From a virus, in IMG/VR virus record IMGVR_UViG_3300008954_000005, positions 32,001-96,000 of that record: 64,000 nucleotides of DNA. One strand, written 5' to 3'. The notes under the pieces were generated by a model. That model worked only from the letters and a program-made list of their open reading frames with translations, did no database searches and had not been told where the DNA came from. Positions 1 to 8,315 of the stretch are shown here, one piece after another (the first letter of the stretch is position 1; every line of letters starts with the position of its first letter). Made by a program: the position numbers and the translations under genes.

Positions 1-189
1 CCTAGGCCACTAACAGTCTACCTTGGAGAAAGTGGGAACGCCCACGACAGCCAGCGAGTAGACATTCTCCCACACGGTATCTCAATTTCCGTATCGGTTG
101 ACGCAACCGGAGTACGGGTTTGTGATATCTCTGGGGGAGAACAAACAACTATTTGGAGCGTCGACTACGATGACCTACCTGTCCGATGA
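1..189 (+). CDS. hypothetical protein, 5'-truncated by the window edge
   Basis: Frame 1 is open from base 1 to TGA at 187-189 (PRPLTVYLGES...DYDDLPVR*) and overlaps the next start. Confidence 0.5.
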   Translation, partial: PRPLTVYLGESGNAHDSQRVDILPHGISISVSVDATGVRVCDISGGEQTTIWSVDYDDLPVR

Positions 190-376
190 AGAGCTTTCAG
201 CTATAGAAGAAGAACTAAAACAGACATCACCCAGCGTTCACTCGTTCACGATGTCCTTAGACCAAGCTACAGCACTAATTGCTGAGCTAATTGCGAATCG
301 AGGGGTCGCCAAAACTGCGCCCAGGGGCCAGCAAATAGACCTATTCGATACCTCGTATATCTCAGGACGACGATAA
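170..376 (+). CDS. hypothetical protein
   Basis: Part of ORF 98..376. ATG at 170 follows GGAG at 155-158, so it is the more likely start. Confidence 0.55.
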   Translation: MTYLSDEELSAIEEELKQTSPSVHSFTMSLDQATALIAELIANRGVAKTAPRGQQIDLFDTSYISGRR

Positions 377-390
377 CCTCAGGAGGTTGG

Positions 391-660
391 ATGATCGACG
401 CAAAGGAAAAAATTGAACTGGACGTGACGGAAGATACGCCAGAGACCATCATTAAGTTCTTCAAGCATTTACTAGACCTTGGGATCTTCCCACGCGCCTA
501 CGACCCAAACAGTAAGAAACTCTACGAAGCCGCTAAAGTTATACACAAGCATCTGTGTACGTTAGACACGGGCTACTACTCACCAACACGAGAAGTTAAG
601 CTAATAGAGTTCGCAAGCGCGTACGCCAAAGTCCATAGTGGGCTTAGGGAACTAGACTAG
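391..660 (+). CDS. hypothetical protein
   Basis: 89 aa ORF with a strong AGGAGG RBS. Confidence 0.7.
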   Translation: MIDAKEKIELDVTEDTPETIIKFFKHLLDLGIFPRAYDPNSKKLYEAAKVIHKHLCTLDTGYYSPTREVKLIEFASAYAKVHSGLRELD

Positions 661-670
661 TCTTGAAAAA

Positions 671-808
671 ATGAAATCAAAATTCTCGTGGCTCCTGGCT
701 TTAGCCGCTCTTTGTTTGGCAACCGCCCTATGGGTCTTTGTCCAAAAGGAAGAAACCCATGAAACGCAATCTCCCCACGTCCATCCAAGTTGGGGGCCAC
801 GAGATTAA
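671..808 (+). CDS. small membrane peptide (45 aa)
   Basis: MKSKFSWLLALAALCLATALWVFVQKEE... has one hydrophobic segment. It is below the ORF-track cut-off and fills the gap between neighbours. Confidence 0.45.
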   Translation: MKSKFSWLLALAALCLATALWVFVQKEETHETQSPHVHPSWGPRD

Positions 809-1055
809 GATCGAACGACGCGCTGGCCTTATTGATTACTGTGAGGCCTTCGGTTTGTTCGATCCTACAAGCCTGACCATAGCCATAGACGAGAGCCTAA
901 CAAATACGATGGCGTGGGAAACACTATGGCACGAAGTTGTTGAGGCTATTAACTTTTTCTCGGAAGCCGAGATGGAGCACAAGTCAATTCAAGTATTCGG
1001 CCTCTTGCTACACCAAGTGATAGACTCTATATTTATACGTAGTAAGAAACCCTAA
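759..1055 (+). CDS. small zincin-like (ImmA/IrrE-type) phage protein with HExxE
   Basis: SIQVGGHEIKIE...GLFD...IAID...TLWHEVVEAI resembles small phage metallopeptidase-like proteins. ATG at 759 follows AAGGA. Confidence 0.6.
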   Translation: MKRNLPTSIQVGGHEIKIERRAGLIDYCEAFGLFDPTSLTIAIDESLTNTMAWETLWHEVVEAINFFSEAEMEHKSIQVFGLLLHQVIDSIFIRSKKP

Positions 1056-1079
1056 CTTCCGATATTACGAGATAATATA

Positions 1080-1550
1080 ATGCCTATACCGAAAACAAAT
1101 AAGTCAGAAGAGCGGCAACGAAACAGACACCAAGCAGCCAGAGCGCTAGTTGGTGGTGGCATGATCGGAACTGGTGTCGGGGTTGGTACTGGTGTTGGCC
1201 ACTACGAGATAAACAAAGAATACTACAACACACTCACCAAGAAGCTGAAAGAGGGCTTGACTTCGGGAGAGAAGGAAGTAGTAAAGAAGCTAGAGTCCCG
1301 AGGGTGGCTTGGAAGAAGATTTGCCCGAAACATAACCCCAGGAACACTCAAGAAAAAGGTTCCTGCGTGGTCTGCTGTGTCTGGCGAAGTAGCAAAAGGA
1401 TCTAAAAGGCTTGGAAGAGCGGCCGGTATTGGCTCAGGGGCTTTAGCCGCCTTAGCCATACTCACACTAGATAAAATGAGAAGTGCTGAGCCCAAGGGCA
1501 AAAAGGCTTCCGTAGAAAGGGAGTATCTCCTAGCTGTTTTGGGCCATTAA
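1080..1550 (+). CDS. basic, glycine-rich protein with two hydrophobic glycine-zipper segments
   Basis: GGGMIGTGVGVGTGVG and AAGIGSGALAALAIL segments, K/R-rich, KKAS near the C-terminus. Resembles the - strand virion-module proteins. Confidence 0.6.
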   Translation: MPIPKTNKSEERQRNRHQAARALVGGGMIGTGVGVGTGVGHYEINKEYYNTLTKKLKEGLTSGEKEVVKKLESRGWLGRRFARNITPGTLKKKVPAWSAVSGEVAKGSKRLGRAAGIGSGALAALAILTLDKMRSAEPKGKKASVEREYLLAVLGH

Positions 1551-1578
1551 GCCCCCATGCAAAAACGTATATTACGGT

Positions 1579-1586
1579 GGTATAAG
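1579..1586 (+). promoter_or_regulatory. GGTATAAG promoter-like motif, copy 1
   Basis: The same 8-mer lies in intergenic positions at 7156, 51048 and 55124, each upstream of + strand genes. Confidence 0.6.
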
Positions 1587-1618
1587 TATTTTGCTGAGCG
1601 CTTTTAGTTTTATTTCTT

Positions 1619-1800
1619 GGGTCCCCGGTGGTGCACTACCGACATACTCTTGTGTAACTCTACTGGCGTGAAGTCACGCTTCTATACCGTGTAGCTGGCA
1701 TCTTTATAGAGATGTGCAGTGAGATAGTGTGGAATGACAGCCCGGAAAAGCCGGTCTCACCGGATGCGCATCTGGTGAGATAGTGGGGATAGGCGCACCC
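1619..1800 (+). ncRNA. putative structured non-coding RNA or leader
   Basis: Lies in a ~385 nt gap with no long ORF. Hairpins at 1626-1641, 1665-1680, 1695-1719 and 1755-1780, with possible 5'/3' closure (GGGTCCCC with GGGGA..ACCC). Sits between a promoter motif and a terminator-like element. Confidence 0.45.
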
Positions 1801-1830
1801 GAGGGTACCGATTTCTCCCAGCTAGGATAA

Positions 1831-1861
1831 GCCTTCCGCCGAAACAAGGCCTTTTTTCTTT
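1831..1861 (+). terminator. weak intrinsic terminator or attenuator
   Basis: GCCTT-loop-AAGGC followed by CTTTTTTCTTT. Confidence 0.4.
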
Positions 1862-1935
1862 ACAGGTATTGGGCGCGAGGGATAACCTTGCTGCCCTTTA
1901 CTTGTAGAGGAGCTAAGTAAAAAGAGGAATTTGCC

Positions 1936-2556
1936 GTGAACAAACAAAAACTAGTTCCATTATTTCTAGTGCTATCTGGGTGTCTATACCTTGTGCCCGC
2001 CAATGCTCAAACGTACAGCGGGTCTGGGCGAAGACCACCAAACCAGTTGACTGAAAATCAGTTGACGATGCTAGACCACGTAAATAGACAGATCCCAGCA
2101 ACAGAGGATCGCTTTGAGATACTTGCTATTATCTTGGTCGAGTCCAACCTGAACCATGAAGCGGTCAGTAGGACAGGTGACTACGGTTTGATGCAAGTTA
2201 ATTGTCGAATATGGCGGCAAACCCTTTTAAGAGAATTCGAGATTCACGACTGTGAAGCAGAAATGATGTCGGTCCAAACAAGCCTCATGGCAGGGATCTA
2301 CATCCTAAATCGATTTAAACGTTATAGAAGATGTCGAGGCTCCCGTGTTTACGCCTGTTACAACGGGGGGCAAAACTGGCGCGGCCGAGCAGAGAACTGT
2401 GAAGCTGCTTGCGCTGACGACGCTTGCAAGAGACGCTGTTGGAGACCGATGCGGTATTCAGACAGTGTCCGTCGACACATACGGTTTTTGAGAAGAAACT
2501 ACGCTGACCGTATCCAAAATATTAATACTACAGTAGGTTCTCCGCACCCTGGTTAG
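1936..2556 (+). CDS. lytic transglycosylase (SLT domain) with signal peptide
   Basis: Motif I VESN (catalytic Glu), motif II YGLMQV, motif III ACYNGG. N-terminal signal peptide ANA|Q. Cys-rich. Confidence 0.85.
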   Translation: MNKQKLVPLFLVLSGCLYLVPANAQTYSGSGRRPPNQLTENQLTMLDHVNRQIPATEDRFEILAIILVESNLNHEAVSRTGDYGLMQVNCRIWRQTLLREFEIHDCEAEMMSVQTSLMAGIYILNRFKRYRRCRGSRVYACYNGGQNWRGRAENCEAACADDACKRRCWRPMRYSDSVRRHIRFLRRNYADRIQNINTTVGSPHPG

Positions 2557-2567
2557 AAGACATTTTA

Positions 2568-2930
2568 GTGGAGACATGGATGAAGGAAAAAGGAGACACG
2601 GTAGACTTACTGCCGTTTGCTCAGCAAGTTAATGCTTCTCTCCAGAAGCAGAGCAAAGTAAAAAGTACGCTATATGAAAACTGGTTGGTGGACATCTACT
2701 TTGGGCCTAGCCCTACAGCAGATGAAGAACTACCAAGACTAGGTTTTATCGCTTGTGCATCGACACAAGACAAAGAGGCTGGTCCTCTCCCCAACTTGAG
2801 TAACTCAAGTGGGGTGCGAGTAGACTTCGACGAGAAGTCGGTTGTGTGGTGGTCCGGTGACTCACTGGACGATTTAGAATCTAAAATCACAAACGCATTC
2901 CCAGAAATTACCTGGAATAGGGAGGACTAA
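2568..2930 (+). CDS. hypothetical protein
   Basis: 120 aa ORF whose stop overlaps the Ubl start (TAATG). Confidence 0.6.
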   Translation: METWMKEKGDTVDLLPFAQQVNASLQKQSKVKSTLYENWLVDIYFGPSPTADEELPRLGFIACASTQDKEAGPLPNLSNSSGVRVDFDEKSVVWWSGDSLDDLESKITNAFPEITWNRED

Positions 2931-3361
2931 TGTCCACAGAGAATCTTCAAGAACAGCTTGATTCAGCAATCAAGACCAGAGATGAACATGTTCAAAATAT
3001 GGGAGATGAATTCAGCCAAGCCAATATGGATCGGCTGTCTGCACTCCAGAAGGCCGTTGCATCCGCAAAGACTGCCTTGGAAACCGCCGCTGCTGCAGCG
3101 GCTGCTCCTGCGGTAGAGGGAAATACCGACCTTTGTGTCGTATCTCTAATCCGAAGCGGAAAAAGCGACCGGGTCGTCGAGGTTCCTACGGATACCTCGG
3201 TGAGCGACCTTATGAATACTCTTGGTTGGCCAACCAACGACTTCACGTTTAAGCGTCGAGTCGGCCCAGGCCAAACCGTAGAGATTACCAATCTTGCAGC
3301 CACCCTCGGTACAGGTGATCACGAAATCTTCGTATCACCTCGTGTTGCAGGAGGCTTCTAG
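2930..3361 (+). CDS. ubiquitin-like (beta-grasp) protein with N-terminal coiled coil, C-terminus ...VAGGF
   Basis: Helical N-terminus, poly-Ala linker, then a ~75 aa domain (VVSLIRSG..VVEVPTDTSVSDLM..L.TGDHEIFVSPRVAGG-F) ending in di-Gly plus one residue. Directly upstream of E2, JAB and E1. Confidence 0.8.
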   Translation: MSTENLQEQLDSAIKTRDEHVQNMGDEFSQANMDRLSALQKAVASAKTALETAAAAAAAPAVEGNTDLCVVSLIRSGKSDRVVEVPTDTSVSDLMNTLGWPTNDFTFKRRVGPGQTVEITNLAATLGTGDHEIFVSPRVAGGF

Positions 3362-3390
3362 ACTCTAGTCTAACTAGAGATTCCCTCCTT

Positions 3391-3431
3391 GGGGGTGGGG
3401 CTACTTCGGTAGCTTCACCCCCTTTTTATTT
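3391..3431 (+). terminator. intrinsic terminator after the Ubl gene
   Basis: GGGGGTGGGGCTAC-TTCG-GTAGCTTCACCCCC stem with a C(UUCG)G loop, followed by TTTTTATTT. Confidence 0.85.
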
Positions 3432-3444
3432 ACGGAGAATACCC

Positions 3445-4539
3445 ATGGCTTCAACAAGCAACACACAATGGGAATGGAGAGTTGACGACGACAGCGACAA
3501 TCTCGAATTCCTTCTATCTAAAATTATTGATGACTCCGTAGCCTCCTCCAAAGTCAACACAGTTGAACTGGAAACAGAGCTAGCAAAGCTCACAGCAAAA
3601 CGCACTGCTTGGGAGAGTAAGCTAACGCGGAGAAAGTCTATAGAGCAGTCTGTGCGAGAACGCCTAGAAAAACGACAAGTCGAACTCAGAAAAGCTCAAG
3701 ACGCCTTCCATAAAGCTAGGCAAAAAACTAGAGCAGTAGGCTACAAAGTTTCTCAGGCAGTTGAAGACTCAAGGGCTCTTAGTAATACCCTCGGACAGGA
3801 AAAGCTCTTTCTAGACAACTTCGCTGGTATCTACACAGAGGACGCCTTTAAGAACAGGGCCTTTATGGTGATGTCCCTGCGCGAGCGCATTGACTCATCT
3901 ATTCCCATCTCGTTCTCTCATGATAGAGACCAAAAGAAGATGCGGCTCTCGTGGGTCACTGGAGACATCTACATAAATAACTCCTTAGAGGGCGGTGTCT
4001 GGCCATTTAACTTTGGGCAGTACCGCGTAGAGGTCACCTTCAGCTATATGAACGGACATAGAGACGCCAGAGTGCTTATCCGTGGCCACCGAAGAAATAC
4101 CATTGTTTCAGGTGAGTACTTTCACCCGCATATCCGGAGCGATGGTACGGCCTGTCTAGGCAATGTCGCCAGGATGCTAATTGAGCACATGGCTAACCAA
4201 GACGTGGCCCAAGTCATTTGCACAGTTACGGAATATCTGTGTCACTACAACGAACAAGATCCGTACAGAAAACTGATGTTCTGGGGTGTAGCTAATCCTT
4301 ACGACCTCCCACACATCAACATGTACCAGTCTCACTTAGTGTTTGACTCAGGGCCAAAGAACCCCTGTGGCCTCTCACAATCTGACTGCATGGTTCAGCA
4401 TTTGACAGATAAAGCTGGGGAGTGCTCGTCGAGGAGCCTGCCCGCAGAGGTAGTTGTGACAGCAACATCCGTATATGAAAATCTTCAATCTTTTAGGGAG
4501 CGACTTAATGGCGAAGGTAACGAAGAAACCAACGGTTAG
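3445..4539 (+). CDS. prokaryotic E2/UBC-like conjugating enzyme with N-terminal coiled coil
   Basis: YFHPHIRSDGTACLGN matches the UBC HPN/H...G.xC.L active-site signature. Residues ~40-125 form a coiled coil. Confidence 0.8.
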   Translation: MASTSNTQWEWRVDDDSDNLEFLLSKIIDDSVASSKVNTVELETELAKLTAKRTAWESKLTRRKSIEQSVRERLEKRQVELRKAQDAFHKARQKTRAVGYKVSQAVEDSRALSNTLGQEKLFLDNFAGIYTEDAFKNRAFMVMSLRERIDSSIPISFSHDRDQKKMRLSWVTGDIYINNSLEGGVWPFNFGQYRVEVTFSYMNGHRDARVLIRGHRRNTIVSGEYFHPHIRSDGTACLGNVARMLIEHMANQDVAQVICTVTEYLCHYNEQDPYRKLMFWGVANPYDLPHINMYQSHLVFDSGPKNPCGLSQSDCMVQHLTDKAGECSSRSLPAEVVVTATSVYENLQSFRERLNGEGNEETNG

Positions 4540-5506
4540 GTTCAGTCAAAAAGCCTACCAACAAATGTTTGCGTTAACGAACGCGTGTAAAATCGAAATC
4601 AGTGCTATGGGTATTGTTGCTACTGCCGAACAAAAAGAAGACGCGGGTGTAACTGAAGACTTCTATGTAACTGAGTTCTTTGTCATTGATCAGGAGTGCA
4701 CAGGCACGTCAACTGATCTAGATGATGATGCAATGGTGGACCTTCTTATGAACCTGCGTGATCAGGGAATTAAGTCGGAGCAAATGTGTGTTTGGTGGCA
4801 TAGCCACGTAAACATGGCCACTGCTCACTCAGGAACAGATGAAGCCCAAATCGAAAGATTTGATTTCGACACAGTCTGCATCTCTATTATCACTAATAAG
4901 AAGGGTGAGCTAAATCTGCGCGTGGACATGTTCCAGCCGTTTAGACACACCTTCGAGAAGTGTGATTACGTTCTAGACTTCGTAGATATCCTCCCAGATA
5001 ACTGGGCTGAGGAGATGGTCGCCACTCATGTAAATGAGAAAAAGATCATCCCGCAGAGGCTCAACGTTGTGAAATCACGATCACGCGGAGTTGTCACCGG
5101 ATACGGTGGGAACTGGGGTGGTTGGAGTCGTTGGGAAGATGACGATGACGAGCGTAACGTGCTTGGGGCATCCACCACTAGTGGTCGTGAAATCGTTAAG
5201 TCCTCCGACCTACTGAAAGAAGGCGATGACGATGACCTCCCGGCATTTGACGCCCTCGATCTCCCAAAAGAATTGGGTCATCTACAAGACGCGTGGGATC
5301 TAAATCTGCTCGACACTCAGGACGTAATGGAACTCTTTGCGAGATGGTATGCAAAAGAGTTGAGTACAGAAGAAGTTGTCCAAGAGCTAGAGGAAACCCA
5401 CAACATCCTTGTAAGCGATTTAAAAGCTGGAGACGATGAGGATCCGGCTGATGCTGTCGTGGATACTGAAGTAGATGACCTGTTAACTTTTGGAGGTACT
5501 GCATGA
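4508..5506 (+). CDS. JAB/MPN+ metalloprotease (deubiquitinase-like) with acidic tail
   Basis: EISAMG (catalytic Glu) and WWHSHVNMATAHSGTD fit the JAMM HxH-x7-S-x2-D motif. ATG 4508 follows AGGGAG. Confidence 0.88.
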   Translation: MAKVTKKPTVRFSQKAYQQMFALTNACKIEISAMGIVATAEQKEDAGVTEDFYVTEFFVIDQECTGTSTDLDDDAMVDLLMNLRDQGIKSEQMCVWWHSHVNMATAHSGTDEAQIERFDFDTVCISIITNKKGELNLRVDMFQPFRHTFEKCDYVLDFVDILPDNWAEEMVATHVNEKKIIPQRLNVVKSRSRGVVTGYGGNWGGWSRWEDDDDERNVLGASTTSGREIVKSSDLLKEGDDDDLPAFDALDLPKELGHLQDAWDLNLLDTQDVMELFARWYAKELSTEEVVQELEETHNILVSDLKAGDDEDPADAVVDTEVDDLLTFGGTA

Positions 5507-6165
5507 TTGACACCACGAGGCAGTCTGGAATTATTCCAGACGACCGCCTCTCGGACGTGTCGGTAGCGATCATCGGTGTGGGGGCCATTGGCTCTCACAC
5601 CGTTGAGTCGCTCTCAAAAATGGGAATCCGACATTTTCATATATTTGATGATGACGTTGTAGAAGAACACAACCTAGCCAACCAAGGCTATTTCCTACCC
5701 GAAATCGGGTATAAGAAAGTTGAAGCCTTAGCTAATCGTATTTCGGTTGGAACTGGGGCGGAGGTTGTTGCTGACGCATGTCGAGTAGAAGACAACCACG
5801 ACTTTACGGAACGGTACGTAATCTCTGCTGTAGACAATATGGCCTCTCGAAAAAGCATTTTCGAATCATTCCTCAACAGCACCACATCCCGTTTCTTTTT
5901 GGATGGTCGTATGGCGGCTCGGTTCGGGCAAGTCTACTTCGTAGACAAACTCAAACCAGAAACCATCGAAAAGTATGAAAACAGCCTATTCAGTGATGAG
6001 GAAGCTGTTCCCCTGCCGTGCACGGAGAAGGCCACAATCTTCTGCGCGTATGGGATTGCGTCTTTTATGTCCGCTCTTATCGCAAAGAGCATTATCGAAG
6101 AGCCCATTAAGTTTATGTCTGCGGAACTAGATTTCGCAAACATACTCCTGATGCAAGCTCTTTAA
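5503..6165 (+). CDS. E1/ThiF/MoeB-family adenylating enzyme
   Basis: TRQ arginine finger, IIGVGAIG, FDDDVVEEHNLANQ, KVEAL, AVDN, LDGRM and candidate catalytic Cys in PLPCTEKAT. Confidence 0.92.
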   Translation: MIDTTRQSGIIPDDRLSDVSVAIIGVGAIGSHTVESLSKMGIRHFHIFDDDVVEEHNLANQGYFLPEIGYKKVEALANRISVGTGAEVVADACRVEDNHDFTERYVISAVDNMASRKSIFESFLNSTTSRFFLDGRMAARFGQVYFVDKLKPETIEKYENSLFSDEEAVPLPCTEKATIFCAYGIASFMSALIAKSIIEEPIKFMSAELDFANILLMQAL

Positions 6166-6215
6166 ATCAACCAATCGGGCTACGTCCCGAACTTAGAACC
6201 CTTAAGGAGGGAATT

Positions 6216-6959
6216 ATGGCGAATGACAAGCAGAAAAGTTGGACCACCGGTCTTCCTATGGAGGGCCTCATCAGCCCGTCTCGGGCACCCGATGTGATCA
6301 GCGTGGAATTCAACGGTACTACCACCAAGCTTCTGAAGCAGGTGGTAGCGAAGGATGAGGAGGGCACCGCCGTCTCCATCCGATACGTTGGAACACCTGT
6401 TGGTCCTGACGGGCGGTCCTGCCGCTTCGCAATGTCCATTGAAACAAATGGATTCGTGCGAGGCTCTGCGGCGATGAACTTCATCGCTGCGGGTGGTTGG
6501 GGTCGTGGTACGACTAAGCCCGATGAGGCTACCAAGCGTGAGAGCCGGAACAACTTCGTTCGTGGACTCATCACTAGCGCAATCGTCCATCAGGGTATGG
6601 ACAACAGCGCGGAGATGAAGTCCGTGATCGAACGGGAAACCGGCCTCACGGTTACTGACGGTGAGATGTCCCCAGAGGACAAGAACCTGTACGCTCTGTT
6701 GGGCGTTCGGGCGTACATCGTCACCTTGGCGGAAAGCCGGAACCTCAAGTTCTCGGTGGACCTCAAGAGCTTCATGGGCAAGGTGGTTCAGCCTACCTAT
6801 GCCGCCATCGTTGAGGGGGAGTGGGATGAGGAAAGTGACGAAGTCGCTCTCACCTCTGCTCTGAGCGAGGCTCACGTTCAACTGCTCACTGGTGCAGGCC
6901 TGAAGTTCCGCAAGGTTCGGAGGGCTCGTGGGGTGCAAAGGAAGACTCAGACCTCGTAG
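6216..6959 (+). CDS. hypothetical protein, probably highly expressed
   Basis: AAGGAGG RBS, GC3-rich codons and its own terminator. Last gene of the Ubl unit. Confidence 0.75.
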   Translation: MANDKQKSWTTGLPMEGLISPSRAPDVISVEFNGTTTKLLKQVVAKDEEGTAVSIRYVGTPVGPDGRSCRFAMSIETNGFVRGSAAMNFIAAGGWGRGTTKPDEATKRESRNNFVRGLITSAIVHQGMDNSAEMKSVIERETGLTVTDGEMSPEDKNLYALLGVRAYIVTLAESRNLKFSVDLKSFMGKVVQPTYAAIVEGEWDEESDEVALTSALSEAHVQLLTGAGLKFRKVRRARGVQRKTQTS

Positions 6960-6999
6960 TCTGATCTCCCAATTGTACGCTTAGCCGTGCGGGCCTTAT

Positions 7000-7035
7000 A
7001 GAGAGAGGGGGGTTTATCCCCCCCTCTTTCTTTTT
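7000..7035 (+). terminator. intrinsic terminator
   Basis: AGAGAGAGGGGGG-TTTAT-CCCCCCCTCTTTC followed by a T-run. Confidence 0.8.
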
Positions 7036-7074
7036 ACCCCAAACCCTATTAAGGTGTAATACCGATTGATAGAA

Positions 7075-7188
7075 TGACAGAGAATACCCTGTCACTGACA
7101 AACAATAGACTGTCAGTAAAACACTAGGTTTATCCGCTAGTTACGTATTTTTTAGGGTATAAGTACCCTGACAGACAATTACTTGTCA
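7075..7188. promoter_or_regulatory. three TGACA-N10-TGTCA palindromes (7075-7094, 7096-7115, 7169-7188) around a GGTATAAG motif (7156-7163)
   Basis: Read directly from the sequence. All three have an identical 10-nt spacer length. Confidence 0.75.
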
Positions 7189-7225
7189 GTCCCTTCTATT
7201 CCCACAGTCCACAAGGAGGATTCAA

Positions 7226-8308
7226 ATGTCGATAAGGTTGATGAACACACGTGTTCCAGACCATATTCTTGTAAAAGGCGTGGTCACAAAAAGGTCTACG
7301 GCGTATTCAACCAACCTTTTCTGTGACCCAAACGACCCAGAAGAAACAGCTTACTTCGAAGATGAACTTACCCCGCTTGAAAAGGGTCACGTCTACCTTT
7401 GGAAAGAAGATGAATCTGGTGCAGTCTTAGTCCACATGCCATACAGAATTATGGATAAAGAAACTGGTTCCCTTCTGAAGGGTCTCAGTTCCTATAGGTC
7501 AATTGGGACTTTAATTGCTAGAAGCATACCCCAGAAAATGACTCTATCTCCAAAATCTTGCTTACAGGATTTTTTACTGAGCTATACCGATTTTAAAGTA
7601 TTCTCTCATAGAGTAGAGACCTTAGGGGGTACTACTGAAAAGGACTCAGTTGACCTAGAGCAGTTCCTGAAAGACATGCAGTACATCACTTCAGAAGCAA
7701 GTACCCTCCAAGCAAAAATAGGGACACTCAGGACAAAATACTGTATGTCTAGTTCAGAAGAATTATTGGACACAGAGGAAAAACTAAACGAAGTTCTTAG
7801 AGAGTTTGCCTGGGTAAGAGAAGAGATAACAGAGCTTGGTAACAAGCGGGTACTTATTGTTAAGAAGCTTGCCGCATTGAAGTGTGAAATCAATAGGACA
7901 ACTGACTATATCAGAGCTTCAGCGGAACAAGAGCAAGTACAAGAAGCCCTTAAGATGCTTAACCAAACCAACTTCGACAGAATTACCAGAGAAGCGATAC
8001 ACAAACACAATATCGATTCAGGCAGAGAACAGTCTACTGTGATACCTGCCCATATTGGTTCTCTGGCTAGCGCAATAGCGGAACTTAGAACGTACTACCC
8101 AGCCCTCACAAAGCTGACAGGTCATGGAGAGAACGTAGTCATAAGCCTCTCAGGTCTTAGGCTCATTCTTACACCAACTACCATAAAGGTAGAAGGAGAC
8201 CCATCAGTATTGAAGCCCTACATGGGTGAGGGCGCTACAGTAGACGCTTCCGGAAATGCTTCTCTTCGGAGAAGGAGGAGGAACATTGTACCAGATGTAA
8301 AGAAGTAA
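7226..8308 (+). CDS. coiled-coil hypothetical protein
   Basis: 360 aa, AAGGAGG RBS, long central heptad region. Confidence 0.75.
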   Translation: MSIRLMNTRVPDHILVKGVVTKRSTAYSTNLFCDPNDPEETAYFEDELTPLEKGHVYLWKEDESGAVLVHMPYRIMDKETGSLLKGLSSYRSIGTLIARSIPQKMTLSPKSCLQDFLLSYTDFKVFSHRVETLGGTTEKDSVDLEQFLKDMQYITSEASTLQAKIGTLRTKYCMSSSEELLDTEEKLNEVLREFAWVREEITELGNKRVLIVKKLAALKCEINRTTDYIRASAEQEQVQEALKMLNQTNFDRITREAIHKHNIDSGREQSTVIPAHIGSLASAIAELRTYYPALTKLTGHGENVVISLSGLRLILTPTTIKVEGDPSVLKPYMGEGATVDASGNASLRRRRRNIVPDVKK

Positions 8309-8315
8309 CACACAC

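Noticed and set aside
1619-1830. tRNA or tmRNA
   Set aside because: No T-arm GTTCRA motif, cloverleaf or CCA end found.
5708-5715. Additional GGTATAAG
   Set aside because: Lies inside the E1 coding sequence (GYK codons) and is compatible with chance, though an internal promoter is not excluded.
5503-6165. Thiamine or molybdopterin biosynthesis gene
   Set aside because: No thiG, moaE or sulfurtransferase nearby, while E2 and JAB neighbours point to conjugation.
6180-6938. 252 aa - strand ORF (also 6167..6574)
   Set aside because: Antisense shadow of the GC3-rich gene 6216..6959, which has the RBS and terminator.
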